Shown here one piece after another: positions 10,152-19,677 of a DNA stretch of 64,000 bases. The stretch's first letter is position 1; each line of letters opens with the position of its first letter. A model generated the notes under the pieces. The model made no database searches, was not told the origin of the DNA, and saw only the letters and a list, made by a program, of their open reading frames with translations. Origin of the DNA: Candidatus Nomurabacteria bacterium (GTDB lineage: Bacteria > Patescibacteriota > Minisyncoccia > Phycocordibacterales > UBA9973); assembly GCA_943350875.1 (NCBI GenBank), contig CALRAL010000001.1, positions 165,017-229,016 of the forward strand, written 5' to 3'. Both the position numbers and the translations under genes were made by a program.

Positions 10152-11015
10152 ATGAAAATCTACAAACTACCTAAAAATAAATTCCCTAGTGCTTTAATGG
10201 AAATACCTCAGCCCCCAGAGACACTGTGGGCTATAGGAGAACTTCCAAGTGAGGAATTAGTACATTTATGTGTGGTAGGTTCTAGGAAATTCACTTCCTA
10301 CGGCAAAGAAGCATGCGAAAAGATAATTGCGGGGCTCAAAGGATATCCTATTGTAATAGTTTCTGGCTTTGCTATGGGTATAGACACTATTGCTCACAAA
10401 AAAGCAATGCAGATGGGACTCAAGACTCTTGTTTTTCCAGGTTCTGGACTTTCTGATGAAGCAATGTATCCAAAAACGAATGTCCGCCTTATGCGAGAAG
10501 TCATAGAGAGTGATGGATGTTTGCTTTCAGAATTTGAACCAGATTTTAAAGCAACACAATGGAGCTTCCCTATGAGAAATAGATTAATGGCTGGAATCTC
10601 AAAGGCAGTACTTGTGATAGAAGGAGAAGAAAGATCTGGCACACTCATCACTGCTCGTTTGACTACAGAATACAATAGAGATCTGCTAGTAGTACCCGGA
10701 TCTATATTTTCTCCAAATTCAAAAGGGACAAATAAATTATTAAAACAAGGAGCGACACCTGTAACCTGTGCGGAAGATGTTTTAGAAGCACTTGGATTTG
10801 TACAAAAGAAAGATGAAGAAAAACAAGCACAATTATTTTTGGATTTATCTCCTGAAGAAAAGAAGGTTATGGATATGCTTCGTGAACCAATGCCGAGAGA
10901 TGATTTAATCCGCTCTATGAAAATGAATATCTCAATATCTAATTCCCTCCTTTCCGCAATGGAAATACGAGGGCTCATAAAAGAAGAAATGGGTGAGATT
11001 AGGCTAAATAGTTGA
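10152..11015 (+). CDS. dprA: DNA-processing protein DprA (Smf)
   Basis: VVGSRKFTSYG...IVSGFAMGIDTIAHK Rossmann-fold core of DprA. Confidence 0.85.
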   Translation: MKIYKLPKNKFPSALMEIPQPPETLWAIGELPSEELVHLCVVGSRKFTSYGKEACEKIIAGLKGYPIVIVSGFAMGIDTIAHKKAMQMGLKTLVFPGSGLSDEAMYPKTNVRLMREVIESDGCLLSEFEPDFKATQWSFPMRNRLMAGISKAVLVIEGEERSGTLITARLTTEYNRDLLVVPGSIFSPNSKGTNKLLKQGATPVTCAEDVLEALGFVQKKDEEKQAQLFLDLSPEEKKVMDMLREPMPRDDLIRSMKMNISISNSLLSAMEIRGLIKEEMGEIRLNS

Positions 11016-11135
11016 TCTAATACCAAAAATCTATCCAAAAAGCCAGTTTTTATGCTTTAAAGTTATCCACCACAACATTTTGTTGCATAATATTTAGTGG
11101 TTATGGTATACTTGTTGCATAAGGCCTTCGGGCTC

Positions 11136-11170
11136 CGAGAAATCCCCACTTTTGTGGGGATTTCGATTTT
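11136..11170 (+). terminator. Intrinsic terminator after dprA
   Basis: 11-bp stem GAAATCCCCAC-TTTT-GTGGGGATTTC followed by ATTTTAT. Confidence 0.55.
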
Positions 11171-11198
11171 ATGTCTTGCATATTTTATTTATATACTA

Positions 11199-11274
11199 TA
11201 TAATGGAGATATTGAGAGGTTACCTCTCTTGCTCGAAAGAGCCCATAGCCCCGAAAGGGGCTATTATATTTTTG
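11199..11274 (+). ncRNA. Candidate small transcript: a -10 TATAAT box, then about 65 nt with hairpins GAGAGG-TTA-CCTCTC and ATAGCCCC-GAAA-GGGGCTAT ending in a T-run
   Basis: Promoter-like box at 11199-11204 and a GNRA-capped terminator hairpin at 11245-11264 followed by TTTTT; no family recognised. Confidence 0.25.
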
Positions 11275-11446
11275 GCTCAATTTTAAATAATTTATCAAAA
11301 ACTATTTTAATCTTTTTATATTCTTCTTCTTCATTCAAATCATGAAAATCTTTCATTCTTACATTATGTCATTTAATTCATAATTAACAAAGTTTTATAC
11401 AATAAAATTTGCTAAAAAAATATATTTCGTGTAATACTTGTTATTA

Positions 11447-13675
11447 ATGAAGCTTTTAATTGTTGAATCACCATCCAAAGCAAAGACTATCGAAAAATAT
11501 CTCGATGGCGCTTTTACTGTACGCGCATCTGTTGGGCATATTCGTGATTTACCAAAATCAAATAAAAAAGCAATAGATATAGAAGGTGGATTTATTCCTC
11601 ATTATGAAATTTCAAAAGGTAAAGAAAAAGTTGTAAATGAACTTCACGATTTGGCTAAAAAGGCTACAGAAGTGATGCTAGCCACTGACCCTGATCGTGA
11701 AGGTGAAGCTATAGCTTGGCATATTGAAGAATTGATAAAAAATATAAAAGCTCCTATCAAAAGAGTAGCATTTAATGAGATAACTAAAGAAGCAGTGGAA
11801 GAAGCCTTAAAGAATCCACGAGAAATAGATACAAATTTAAGAAAAGCTCAAGAGGCTAGGAGAGTGTTAGATAGATTAGTAGGATATGATTTATCTGGCC
11901 TTATTTGGAAAAAGGTTCGCTATGGACTCTCGGCTGGGCGAGTGCAATCCCCTGCTTTACGTATAATAATGGAACGTGAACGCGAAATTAGAGCTTTTAT
12001 TCCAGAAGCATATTGGGTATTAGAAGGACTTTTTGCCAGCCCTAGGCTGGTCAGCCTTGGGCTGAAAACAGAAGATACACAACTCAAATTAACATGCAAA
12101 GAAGAACCTCGTGACGAAAAAGTAGTTGAACACATATTAAGTGTCGGTAAATCTGGTAAATGGTATGTGAGTGATGTAAAAGAAAGTGAACAAAAGAGAT
12201 CTGCTCGTGCACCGTTTACTACTTCTACTCTTCAACAGACGGCATCATCACGACTTGGATTCTCACCTTCTCGTACAATGCAAGTCGCACAGAAGCTCTA
12301 CGAAGCTGGGCATATTACTTATATGCGTACAGATTCTACCAATATTTCACAAGTAGCGCAGGCACAAATACTTACTCTAGTAGAAAAGAAATATGGTAAA
12401 GAATATGCTGAAGCTCATATATATAAAACAAAAAGTAAAAATGCTCAAGAAGCTCATGAAGCTATCCGTCCTACACATATAGAAAATATGTCGAATGGTT
12501 TTAATGACGAACAAGAGAGACTTTATAAACTTATTTGGGAGCGTACTGTGTCTTCTCAAATGTCTGATGCAAGATTATTAAAAACAAAAGTTTCTGCAAA
12601 AATTGAAAATCATGATGAAATTCCAGAGTTCAATACCACTGGGTCAAGGGTATTATTTTTGGGTTGGCTCAAGGTAGATGCTGATGCAAGAGGTGAAGAT
12701 GTAGAGCTTCCAGAAGTTAAAAAAGGAGAGAAATTAAAATTGCTTGATTTAAATAGCATGGGCAAACAGACAGAACCACCAGGCAGGTATAGTGAAGCAG
12801 GACTAGTGAAAGAACTCGAAAGTAGAGGTATAGGTAGGCCTTCTACATATGCAGCAATAATGAAAACTCTAGAGGATCGTGAATACGTAAGAAAAGAAGG
12901 TAGAACTTTATTCCCTACTGATGTGGGTGAAGTTGTGTCTGATTTCTTGGAAAAGAATTTTGCTAATTATATTTCAGATACATTTACCGCGGAAATGGAG
13001 GATGAACTAGATGAGATAGCTGAAGGTAAACGTGAATATGGTAAAACTTTGAAAGATTTTTATGGACCATTCTTAAAAGATGTAAAGTCGAAAGATAAAT
13101 TAGAAAAAGCAACCAATCTAGGTGAAGCACCAGAGAATATAAAATGTCCAAAATGTGGAGGTAAGATGATTTTAAAACTTTCTCGCGCAGGTAAATTCTA
13201 TTCTTGTGTAAATTATCCAGATTGTACTGGTGCCTTGATGCTTGATGGTAAAGAAATGGAAGGTCCAAAAGAAACTGGGGAAATTTGTCCAGATTGCGGT
13301 GAAAAGAAAAGCAAATCTGGTGGTGGCAAGTTGGTAGTTCGTCAAGGACGATATGGTGCATTCATATCTTGTTCTCGTTATCCAAAATGTAAATTTATAA
13401 AAGAAGATGAAGAAGAAAAAAAGAAAAAGATGACAGGAGTTATTTGTCCAACTTGCAAAAAAGGAGATATCTCGGAGAGACGTGGAAGATTTGGAATATT
13501 TTATTCTTGTTCTAATTATCCAAATTGTAAGTTTGCCATAAAAGCAAAGCCGACAGGCAATGTTTGTGATAAATGTAGCTCTTTGATGATGGAAGGTACA
13601 AAAACCATACCAGAGAGATGTTCAAATAAATCTTGTCCAAACTACAATCCACATAAAATATCAAAAATGGTATAA
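11447..13675 (+). CDS. topA: DNA topoisomerase I with three C-terminal zinc-ribbon repeats
   Basis: Toprim N-term LIVESPSKAKTI, active-site region; C-term repeats CPKCGG...C, CPDCGE...C, CPTCKK...C; ATG start at 11447 (ORF-track TTG at 11438). Confidence 0.9.
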   Translation: MKLLIVESPSKAKTIEKYLDGAFTVRASVGHIRDLPKSNKKAIDIEGGFIPHYEISKGKEKVVNELHDLAKKATEVMLATDPDREGEAIAWHIEELIKNIKAPIKRVAFNEITKEAVEEALKNPREIDTNLRKAQEARRVLDRLVGYDLSGLIWKKVRYGLSAGRVQSPALRIIMEREREIRAFIPEAYWVLEGLFASPRLVSLGLKTEDTQLKLTCKEEPRDEKVVEHILSVGKSGKWYVSDVKESEQKRSARAPFTTSTLQQTASSRLGFSPSRTMQVAQKLYEAGHITYMRTDSTNISQVAQAQILTLVEKKYGKEYAEAHIYKTKSKNAQEAHEAIRPTHIENMSNGFNDEQERLYKLIWERTVSSQMSDARLLKTKVSAKIENHDEIPEFNTTGSRVLFLGWLKVDADARGEDVELPEVKKGEKLKLLDLNSMGKQTEPPGRYSEAGLVKELESRGIGRPSTYAAIMKTLEDREYVRKEGRTLFPTDVGEVVSDFLEKNFANYISDTFTAEMEDELDEIAEGKREYGKTLKDFYGPFLKDVKSKDKLEKATNLGEAPENIKCPKCGGKMILKLSRAGKFYSCVNYPDCTGALMLDGKEMEGPKETGEICPDCGEKKSKSGGGKLVVRQGRYGAFISCSRYPKCKFIKEDEEEKKKKMTGVICPTCKKGDISERRGRFGIFYSCSNYPNCKFAIKAKPTGNVCDKCSSLMMEGTKTIPERCSNKSCPNYNPHKISKMV
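12035..12064. repeat. Two adjacent GC-rich mini-palindromes AGCCCTAGGCT / AGCCTTGGGCT inserted in-frame in topA (ASPRLVSLGLK)
   Basis: Local GC spike in AT-rich coding sequence; a spurious antisense ORF is created. Confidence 0.45.
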
Positions 13676-13682
13676 TTTTTGT

Positions 13683-15152
13683 ATGTCAGATATAAAGAAA
13701 ATAGCTGATTTAATAAGTAAAGATATGAGTAAAAAAGATGTAGAGCTCATCACAAAGGCCTATGTTTTTGCAGAGAAAGCTCATACTGGTCAAAAGAGAA
13801 TGAATGGAGAGCCATATTTTTTTCATGTATTTGAAACAGCAAAGATTTTACACAAATTGGGAATGGATGCTAAGACCATCTCAGCTGGGCTGCTGCACGA
13901 TGTTTTAGAAGATACCCAAACAAAAGAAGAAGAAATTAAAAAAGAATTTGGAGATGATATTTTATTTTTAATAAATGGAGTCACTAAGCTTGGCAAATTA
14001 AAGTATCGCGGACACGAACGTCATGTGGAAAGTTTAAGAAAGTTTTTTGTCGCTATCTCAAATGATTTGAGAGTAGTTATAATAAAATTCGCTGACAGGT
14101 TGCATAATTTACGAACTTTAGAGTTTGTGCGTGAAGACAAAAGAAAAAGGATAGCTGTCGAGTCTGTTGAGATATATGCTTCTCTGGCAGATAGATTAGG
14201 GATGGGTAAATTAAAAGGTCAGATAGAAGATGCAGCTTTCCCATACGCTTATCCGAAAGAATATAAGGAGATAGAAGAAATATTAAAAGACAGAATGAGT
14301 TCTTACGAAAAAGATATAAAACAAGTCGGTGAAGAATTGGAAAAAGAATTAAAGAAAAATAAAATCAAATTTATTGAAATATCTTCTAGAATAAAACATA
14401 AATATAGTCTTTGGAAAAAATTGGTTGGTCGTGATATGGATATTAATAAAATATATGACATTGTTGCCTTGTGTGTGGTGGTTAAAAATGTTGAAGATTG
14501 TTATAGAGTTTTAGGTATTGTGCATTCTATTTGGAAACCTTTACCCGGTAGGATCAAGGATTATATAGCTTTTCCAAAACCAAATGGATATAGATCACTT
14601 CACACAACTATTTTAAATGGTTTGGGTGGAGTGGCAGAAATCCAAATAAGGACAGAAGAAATGCATGCAGAAGCTGCTTATGGAATAGCTGCTCATTTTG
14701 CTTATAAAGATTATGACAGTAAAAAGGCCAAAAATGACAAAGAGAAATTCAAATGGATAGAGGAATTGAAAGATTTGAAACATATTCCCAACGACCCTAA
14801 AATATTTTTAGAAAATTTAAAAATAGATTTCTTTAATGATCGTATTTTTATTTTTACTCCCGAAGGCGATGTAGTAGACTTACCAAAGGATTCTAGTCCG
14901 ATAGATTTTGCTTATTCCATACATTCTGACATTGGTGACCATACTTCTGGAGCCAAGATAAATAATAAAATGTCTCACATTTTTTCTAAACTTAAAAACG
15001 GAGATGTGGTAGAAATTATAAATAGACAAGATGCTCATCCATCTAGTAAATGGTTGGAATATACTAAAACAAGCGTAGCAAAAAAGCATATTAAAAATTA
15101 CTTAGAGAAAAATAGCTTGCTCGCCAAACTCAAGTCTTTTGGTCACTCTTAA
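13683..15152 (+). CDS. rel: Bifunctional (p)ppGpp synthetase/hydrolase Rel/SpoT homologue (HD + synthetase + TGS; no ACT domain)
   Basis: HD motif LLHDVLEDT, synthetase motifs DIVALCVVV and GYRSLHTTI, TGS region IFIFTPEGDVVDLPKDSSPIDFAYSIH. Confidence 0.8.
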   Translation: MSDIKKIADLISKDMSKKDVELITKAYVFAEKAHTGQKRMNGEPYFFHVFETAKILHKLGMDAKTISAGLLHDVLEDTQTKEEEIKKEFGDDILFLINGVTKLGKLKYRGHERHVESLRKFFVAISNDLRVVIIKFADRLHNLRTLEFVREDKRKRIAVESVEIYASLADRLGMGKLKGQIEDAAFPYAYPKEYKEIEEILKDRMSSYEKDIKQVGEELEKELKKNKIKFIEISSRIKHKYSLWKKLVGRDMDINKIYDIVALCVVVKNVEDCYRVLGIVHSIWKPLPGRIKDYIAFPKPNGYRSLHTTILNGLGGVAEIQIRTEEMHAEAAYGIAAHFAYKDYDSKKAKNDKEKFKWIEELKDLKHIPNDPKIFLENLKIDFFNDRIFIFTPEGDVVDLPKDSSPIDFAYSIHSDIGDHTSGAKINNKMSHIFSKLKNGDVVEIINRQDAHPSSKWLEYTKTSVAKKHIKNYLEKNSLLAKLKSFGHS

Positions 15153-15180
15153 TTCAGCTAGGCAAGGCCTAGCTGAAAGA

Positions 15181-16161
15181 TTAGATACTAAAACTTGAAA
15201 TATCATATAGATTATTTTCATCTTCATTCTTTTCTTCTTTTGTTCTGTCATCCATTTCTTCAGATGGAGGTGTTGCCTCTGAAGGGGGTAAACTAGCGAC
15301 ATAATGCTCTAGCATTTGTTCTGGTTTTTTATTGATTTCTGATCTACTAATCAAATCCAAAATCATCCTAAGATCTTCATTTGAAAAGAAATCTATCTTT
15401 ATTTGTCCACCTAATTCCTTTCTATCTATATGTACTCGGGTACCGAGTTTTTCTTGAAATTCTTCTTCTAATTCAACTATTTCTGGATCAGGCATAAATT
15501 CTTTTTTACGGACTCTGTCATAGGCTATTTTTCTTGCCAATCTTTCTGCCTCGCGAACTGAAATTTTTTTATAAACAATTTCTTTAAACAATACCATCTG
15601 TTCTTCAGAATGATCTACTAACATAAGAAGCGGTCTAGTGTGACCTTCGGATATCTTACCTTCGGAAAGAGCGTTCAATATCTCATCATTTAAAACCAAG
15701 ATACGCAAAGTATTAGACACAGATTCCCTACTTTTACCCATTTTCTTGGCTATTTCAGCATGAGTGAATTTGAATTCATTTGCCAAACGAAAGAATGCTC
15801 GCGCTTTATCTACCACATTTAAATCTTCTCTTTGTAAATTCTCAATAATAGCAAGCTCAAGTTTCATCATCGAAGTATCCCCTTCACGAATTATTGCTGG
15901 CACTTGGGATACTCCTGCGAGTACTGCTGCACGTAATCTACGCTCTCCCGCTATCAATTCATATTCTGTTAAAAGTCCACCGTCTTCTTTTACTATTTCA
16001 GTGCGAGAGACTGTGAGGGGTTGAAGGACGCCATACTGCTTTATAGAGTCTGCTAAGTCTTGTAAACGCGCAGGGTCAAAGTCCCGCCTTGGTTGGAAAG
16101 GGTTTGGTTTTATTTTGTCGGTATCTATCCAGAAAATTGAGTTGGAATACAAGTTCGACAT
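15181..16161 (-). CDS. parB: ParB/Spo0J-family partition protein (no adjacent parA) with acidic C-terminal tail
   Basis: LQPLTVSR, GERRLRAAVLAG, HTH region; C-term PPSEEMDDRTKEEKNEDENN. Confidence 0.7.
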   Translation of the reverse strand: MSNLYSNSIFWIDTDKIKPNPFQPRRDFDPARLQDLADSIKQYGVLQPLTVSRTEIVKEDGGLLTEYELIAGERRLRAAVLAGVSQVPAIIREGDTSMMKLELAIIENLQREDLNVVDKARAFFRLANEFKFTHAEIAKKMGKSRESVSNTLRILVLNDEILNALSEGKISEGHTRPLLMLVDHSEEQMVLFKEIVYKKISVREAERLARKIAYDRVRKKEFMPDPEIVELEEEFQEKLGTRVHIDRKELGGQIKIDFFSNEDLRMILDLISRSEINKKPEQMLEHYVASLPPSEATPPSEEMDDRTKEEKNEDENNLYDISSFSI

Positions 16162-16234
16162 GAGTTTATTCTAGCATATTCAAATTTTTTATCTAATTGA
16201 TTTAAAAGCTTTTTTTGTGTAAAATGTGTGAATT

Positions 16235-16318
16235 GCCGTGGTGGCGGAATTGGTAGACGCAATTGACTCAAAATCAATCGAGGGCAACCTCATGAGAGTT
16301 CGATTCTCTCCCGCGGCA
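16235..16318 (+). tRNA. tRNA-Leu (anticodon CAA)
   Basis: Acceptor GCCGTGG/CCGCGGC, anticodon arm ATTGA-CTCAAAA-TCAAT, long variable arm, T-loop GTTCGATTC. Confidence 0.85.
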
Positions 16319-16349
16319 CACAGGAGAGTTCGACCTGTCCCGCACCGAG
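16319..16349 (+). other. Degenerate duplicate of the tRNA-Leu 3' end (CAGGAGAGTTCGACCTGTCCCGCACC vs GAGAGTTCGATTCTCTCCCGCGGCACA)
   Basis: 10-nt identical GAGAGTTCGA and about 21/27 overall identity directly after the tRNA. Confidence 0.3.
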
Positions 16350-16386
16350 CTTTGCTCTGGTGCTGGAATTCTCTCTGGGTACATTT

Positions 16387-17724
16387 ATGAAAAAAATAAT
16401 AAAAAAATATAAATATTTGTCAGTTGATTTTGAAGTAATCGGTGGGAAAAAGCTTCATGGAACTATCAAAACAGGATTCTCAAAGAATGGCTCAGTGGGG
16501 CTTCTTTGTGCTTCCCTTTTAAACAAAGGTGTGACTACCTTAAAAGGTATTGCTCGTATTGAAGAGGTATATAGAGTGATAGAGATATTAGAAAGTATTG
16601 GTGTATCAGTAAAATGGATTGGGCAAAATGAAGTAAAAATAATTCCTCCAAAAAAGTTTGACTTAAAGAATATGAATGTAGAATCTGCTATCAAAACTCG
16701 TTCTATCATTATGTTGATCGGACCACTTATTCACTTACTTCCATCTTTTTCTATCCCTCACGCACAAGGTTGCAAGCTTGGTAAGCGTACTATCAGTGCT
16801 CACAAATATGCCTTTGAAGAAATAGGTGTACATGTAAAAGCTACAAATAATAGTTATGAAATAAGTTCTACTAAAATAAAACCAAGTGAAATAGTGATGT
16901 ATGAATCTGGAGACACTGCTTGTGAGAATATATTGATGGCAGTGGCAAAAATAGAAGGTAAAACAATTATAAAATGCGCTAGTGGCAACTATATGGTGCA
17001 AGAAATGTGTTTCTTTTTGCAAAAATTAGGAGTAAAAGTAGAAGGTATAAGTACAGGCACACTCACTATTTATGGAATAAAAGATATAAATAAAGAGGTA
17101 GAATATCACAATAGTGAAGATCCAATAGAATCTATGATGCTTATTTCTGCTACTATTGTCACAAATTCACAATTAATTATAGAAAGATGTTCAATTGATT
17201 TCTTGACTTTAGAATTATATAGATTAGAGAAAATGGGTCTGAAATATAAAATACTAAAAAAATATTTTTCAAACAATGAAAATACAAAATTAGTTGATAT
17301 TGAAATTTTTCCTAGTAAATTAAATGCACCGGAAGATAAAATCCATGCGAATCCATATCCTGGTATAAATATAGACAATTTGCCTTTCTTTGTTCCTATA
17401 GCTATTTCTGCTAAAGGTACGACTTTGATTCATGATTGGTTTTATGAAAATAGAGCAATTTACTTTACAGAATTAAATAGACTTGGAGCAGACGTAAAAC
17501 TTGCTGATCCACACCGCGCATACATCACAGGTGGCGCACAGCTTAAATCAGCTCAGGTCGTCTGCCCGCCAGCGCTTAGGCCTTCTATGGTTATACTTTT
17601 ATGTATGTTGGCATCAGAAGGTACTTCTATTTTAAGAAATGTATATATGATAAATCGAGGATATGAAGAAATAGCCGAAAGATTAAATTCTATTGGAGCA
17701 GAAATAAAAGTTATTCATGGATAG
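16387..17724 (+). CDS. murA: UDP-N-acetylglucosamine 1-carboxyvinyltransferase
   Basis: EPT fold, active-site loop HAQGCKLGKRTISAH (catalytic Cys); ATG at 16387 (ORF track begins at GTG 16360). Confidence 0.85.
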   Translation: MKKIIKKYKYLSVDFEVIGGKKLHGTIKTGFSKNGSVGLLCASLLNKGVTTLKGIARIEEVYRVIEILESIGVSVKWIGQNEVKIIPPKKFDLKNMNVESAIKTRSIIMLIGPLIHLLPSFSIPHAQGCKLGKRTISAHKYAFEEIGVHVKATNNSYEISSTKIKPSEIVMYESGDTACENILMAVAKIEGKTIIKCASGNYMVQEMCFFLQKLGVKVEGISTGTLTIYGIKDINKEVEYHNSEDPIESMMLISATIVTNSQLIIERCSIDFLTLELYRLEKMGLKYKILKKYFSNNENTKLVDIEIFPSKLNAPEDKIHANPYPGINIDNLPFFVPIAISAKGTTLIHDWFYENRAIYFTELNRLGADVKLADPHRAYITGGAQLKSAQVVCPPALRPSMVILLCMLASEGTSILRNVYMINRGYEEIAERLNSIGAEIKVIHG

Positions 17725-18625
17725 AAAAAAGCCAAAAGTTATAGTGATTCTAGGACAAACAGCGACGGGCAAAAGTGCTTTGGCAGTTAAATTGGCTAGA
17801 AAAATTGGGGGAGAGATAATTTCGGCTGATTCTAGGCAAGTTTACAAAGGACTTGATGTAGGTACTGGCAAAATTACCAAAAAAGAAATGAAGGGTATGT
17901 CACATCATCTATTAGATGTGGTAAGTCCAAAGAAGAAATTTACAGTTGCAGAATATAAAAAATTAGCGGAAGAAAAAATAAAGGAAATAATTGCTCGTGG
18001 AAATACTCCAATAATTTGTGGTGGCACAGGATTCTACATAGATGCAATAACTAAAGGAATAATTTTACCAGAAGTCCCGCCAAATAATAAATTGAGAAAA
18101 ATTTTAGAAAAACAGAGTACAGAAAAACTTTTCAAAATTTTACAGAAACTTGATAAAAATAGAGCAAAAAGTATAGATAAATTTAATAAAGTCCGTCTTG
18201 TTCGAGCTATAGAAATAGCTAAATATCTAGGTAAAGTGCCCAAAATTACACAGGCAACGCCTGTGTATAAATTTATAAAAATAGGATTATTTTTACCGAA
18301 AGATATTCTAAAAAAGAGAATGGAAAAGAGAGTGAAAGAAATGTTTAATAAAAAGAATCATGGAGGATTATTGAATGAAATTAAAAAGTTAAAGAAAGCC
18401 GGAATTTCAGATAAAAGATTAAAAGAATTAGGCTTTGAATATTACAATCCAACTTATGAAAGCGTAGTTTTAGAAACTTTAAAATATGTCAAGCGCCAGA
18501 TGACTTGGTTTAAACGGGACAAAGAAATTAAATGGTTCAATGCATCATCGGATCACTTCCCACTCTTTGTCACAGGATTTCTTGAACAATTTGCTAGACA
18601 TAGCATTGCGAAACCAAGAGGATAA
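17717..18625 (+). CDS. miaA: tRNA dimethylallyltransferase
   Basis: P-loop ILGQTATGKSALAVKLA and IISADSRQVYKGLDVGTGK. Confidence 0.85.
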   Translation: MDRKKPKVIVILGQTATGKSALAVKLARKIGGEIISADSRQVYKGLDVGTGKITKKEMKGMSHHLLDVVSPKKKFTVAEYKKLAEEKIKEIIARGNTPIICGGTGFYIDAITKGIILPEVPPNNKLRKILEKQSTEKLFKILQKLDKNRAKSIDKFNKVRLVRAIEIAKYLGKVPKITQATPVYKFIKIGLFLPKDILKKRMEKRVKEMFNKKNHGGLLNEIKKLKKAGISDKRLKELGFEYYNPTYESVVLETLKYVKRQMTWFKRDKEIKWFNASSDHFPLFVTGFLEQFARHSIAKPRG

Positions 18626-19267
18626 TAGCCTTGGCCAGCCGACTTGATGTGGACGTCTTGGGGACTGAAAGATTTTTAAATTTCTATCAACTTTCGTTCT
18701 CCCTATTTTTGAAAGTCTAGAAAACATATCAATATCTTCAGCCGCGGAAAGTTTTTCATTATAACCATTAAGTTTTTTAAAAATGTCTTTCTGTATTATT
18801 TGGAATTCTCCTGCTGATTGTCCAATATGGAAGAAATTATTAGAAATATAATAAATATAATTCATTATTCCACCAAAAAAGTTATCAGCGAATGTAGCTT
18901 CTTTTTTGTAATAGTAAATAAATGGCGCAAGAGCCACTAGATCTTTATCTTGTTCAAAATTCTTAACAGCTTTTATAAAAAAAGAATTTATTTCAGGAAT
19001 TATTATATCAGCATCTATAAATATTAAGTATTCACCTTGAGCTACATCTGCCCCCATATTTCTAGCTTGGCCTATAGTTTGCCTTACAGAATCAGTGTAT
19101 TCAACTATTTTAGCATTGTATTTTTTTGCTATTTCTACTGTTTTATCAGTACTTTTGCCGTCAGAAATAATGATTTCATTATCATGCAAAGTTAACCCTT
19201 TTAAACAAAGCAAAGTACGCTCCAGCGTTTTCTCTTCATTTAATGTTGGAATAATTATTGAAAGCAT
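18545..19267 (-). CDS. Family-2 glycosyltransferase
   Basis: LSIIIPTLNEEKTLERTL...ISDGKSTDKT, DxD-like FIDADI. Confidence 0.7.
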   Translation of the reverse strand: MLSIIIPTLNEEKTLERTLLCLKGLTLHDNEIIISDGKSTDKTVEIAKKYNAKIVEYTDSVRQTIGQARNMGADVAQGEYLIFIDADIIIPEINSFFIKAVKNFEQDKDLVALAPFIYYYKKEATFADNFFGGIMNYIYYISNNFFHIGQSAGEFQIIQKDIFKKLNGYNEKLSAAEDIDMFSRLSKIGRTKVDRNLKIFQSPRRPHQVGWPRLLSSWFRNAMSSKLFKKSCDKEWEVIR

Positions 19268-19269
19268 TT

Positions 19270-19343
19270 TGGCGGGCGATGAGGGAATCGGACCCCCGAC
19301 ATCGGTTTTGGAGACCGAAGTTATACCACTTAACTAATCGCCC
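19270..19343 (-). tRNA. tRNA-Trp (anticodon CCA), CCA end encoded
   Basis: Acceptor GGGCGAT/ATCGCCC, anticodon arm TCGGT-CTCCAAA-ACCGA, T-loop GGTCCGATTCC. Confidence 0.85.
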
Positions 19344-19347
19344 ATAT

Positions 19348-19369
19348 CTTCCGACCGAAGTCGGAAGAC
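19348..19369. repeat. Hairpin TCTTCCGAC-CGAA-GTCGGAAGA between rpmG and tRNA-Trp
   Basis: 9-bp stem with CGAA tetraloop; related TCCGAC-N4-GTCGGA palindrome at 23783. Confidence 0.4.
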
Positions 19370-19476
19370 ACGGAAATAAAAAACTATATAATTATTTATT
19401 TCCTTTAAAGAACAAGCAACAAAAAAATTCTTGTTGCTTGTAAATTATAACAAAGTAAAACAAAAACTAGAAGTTA

Positions 19477-19641
19477 TTAACCAACTATTTTAGCTTCTTT
19501 GTGTTTTGTTTTCTTTTTACAATGTTTGCAGTATTTATTTAGCTCAATTTTTTTCGTAATAAGTTTCTTGTTCTTTTTCGTATAATAATTGGCCTCTTTG
19601 CAGATACTACATTTAAGTCTAAAAAGTTTATCTTGTGACAT
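19477..19641 (-). CDS. rpmG: 50S ribosomal protein L33 (missed by the ORF track, under 60 aa)
   Basis: 54 aa MSQDKLFRLKCSICKEANYYTKKNKKLITKKIELNKYCKHCKKKTKHKEAKIVG with the L33 C4 zinc ribbon (CxxC...CxxC). Confidence 0.75.
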   Translation of the reverse strand: MSQDKLFRLKCSICKEANYYTKKNKKLITKKIELNKYCKHCKKKTKHKEAKIVG

Positions 19642-19677
19642 ATCTATATAATATCAGAAAAATAAGAATTTGCAACC

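Noticed and set aside
11097-11345. 82-aa ORF in the dprA-topA intergenic region
   Set aside because: It spans two terminator hairpins and a promoter-like box, has odd composition, and the region is better explained as regulatory or ncRNA.
19258-19443. 61-aa plus-strand ORF
   Set aside because: It overlaps tRNA-Trp and the GC hairpin. The sequence is explained by the tRNA on the opposite strand.
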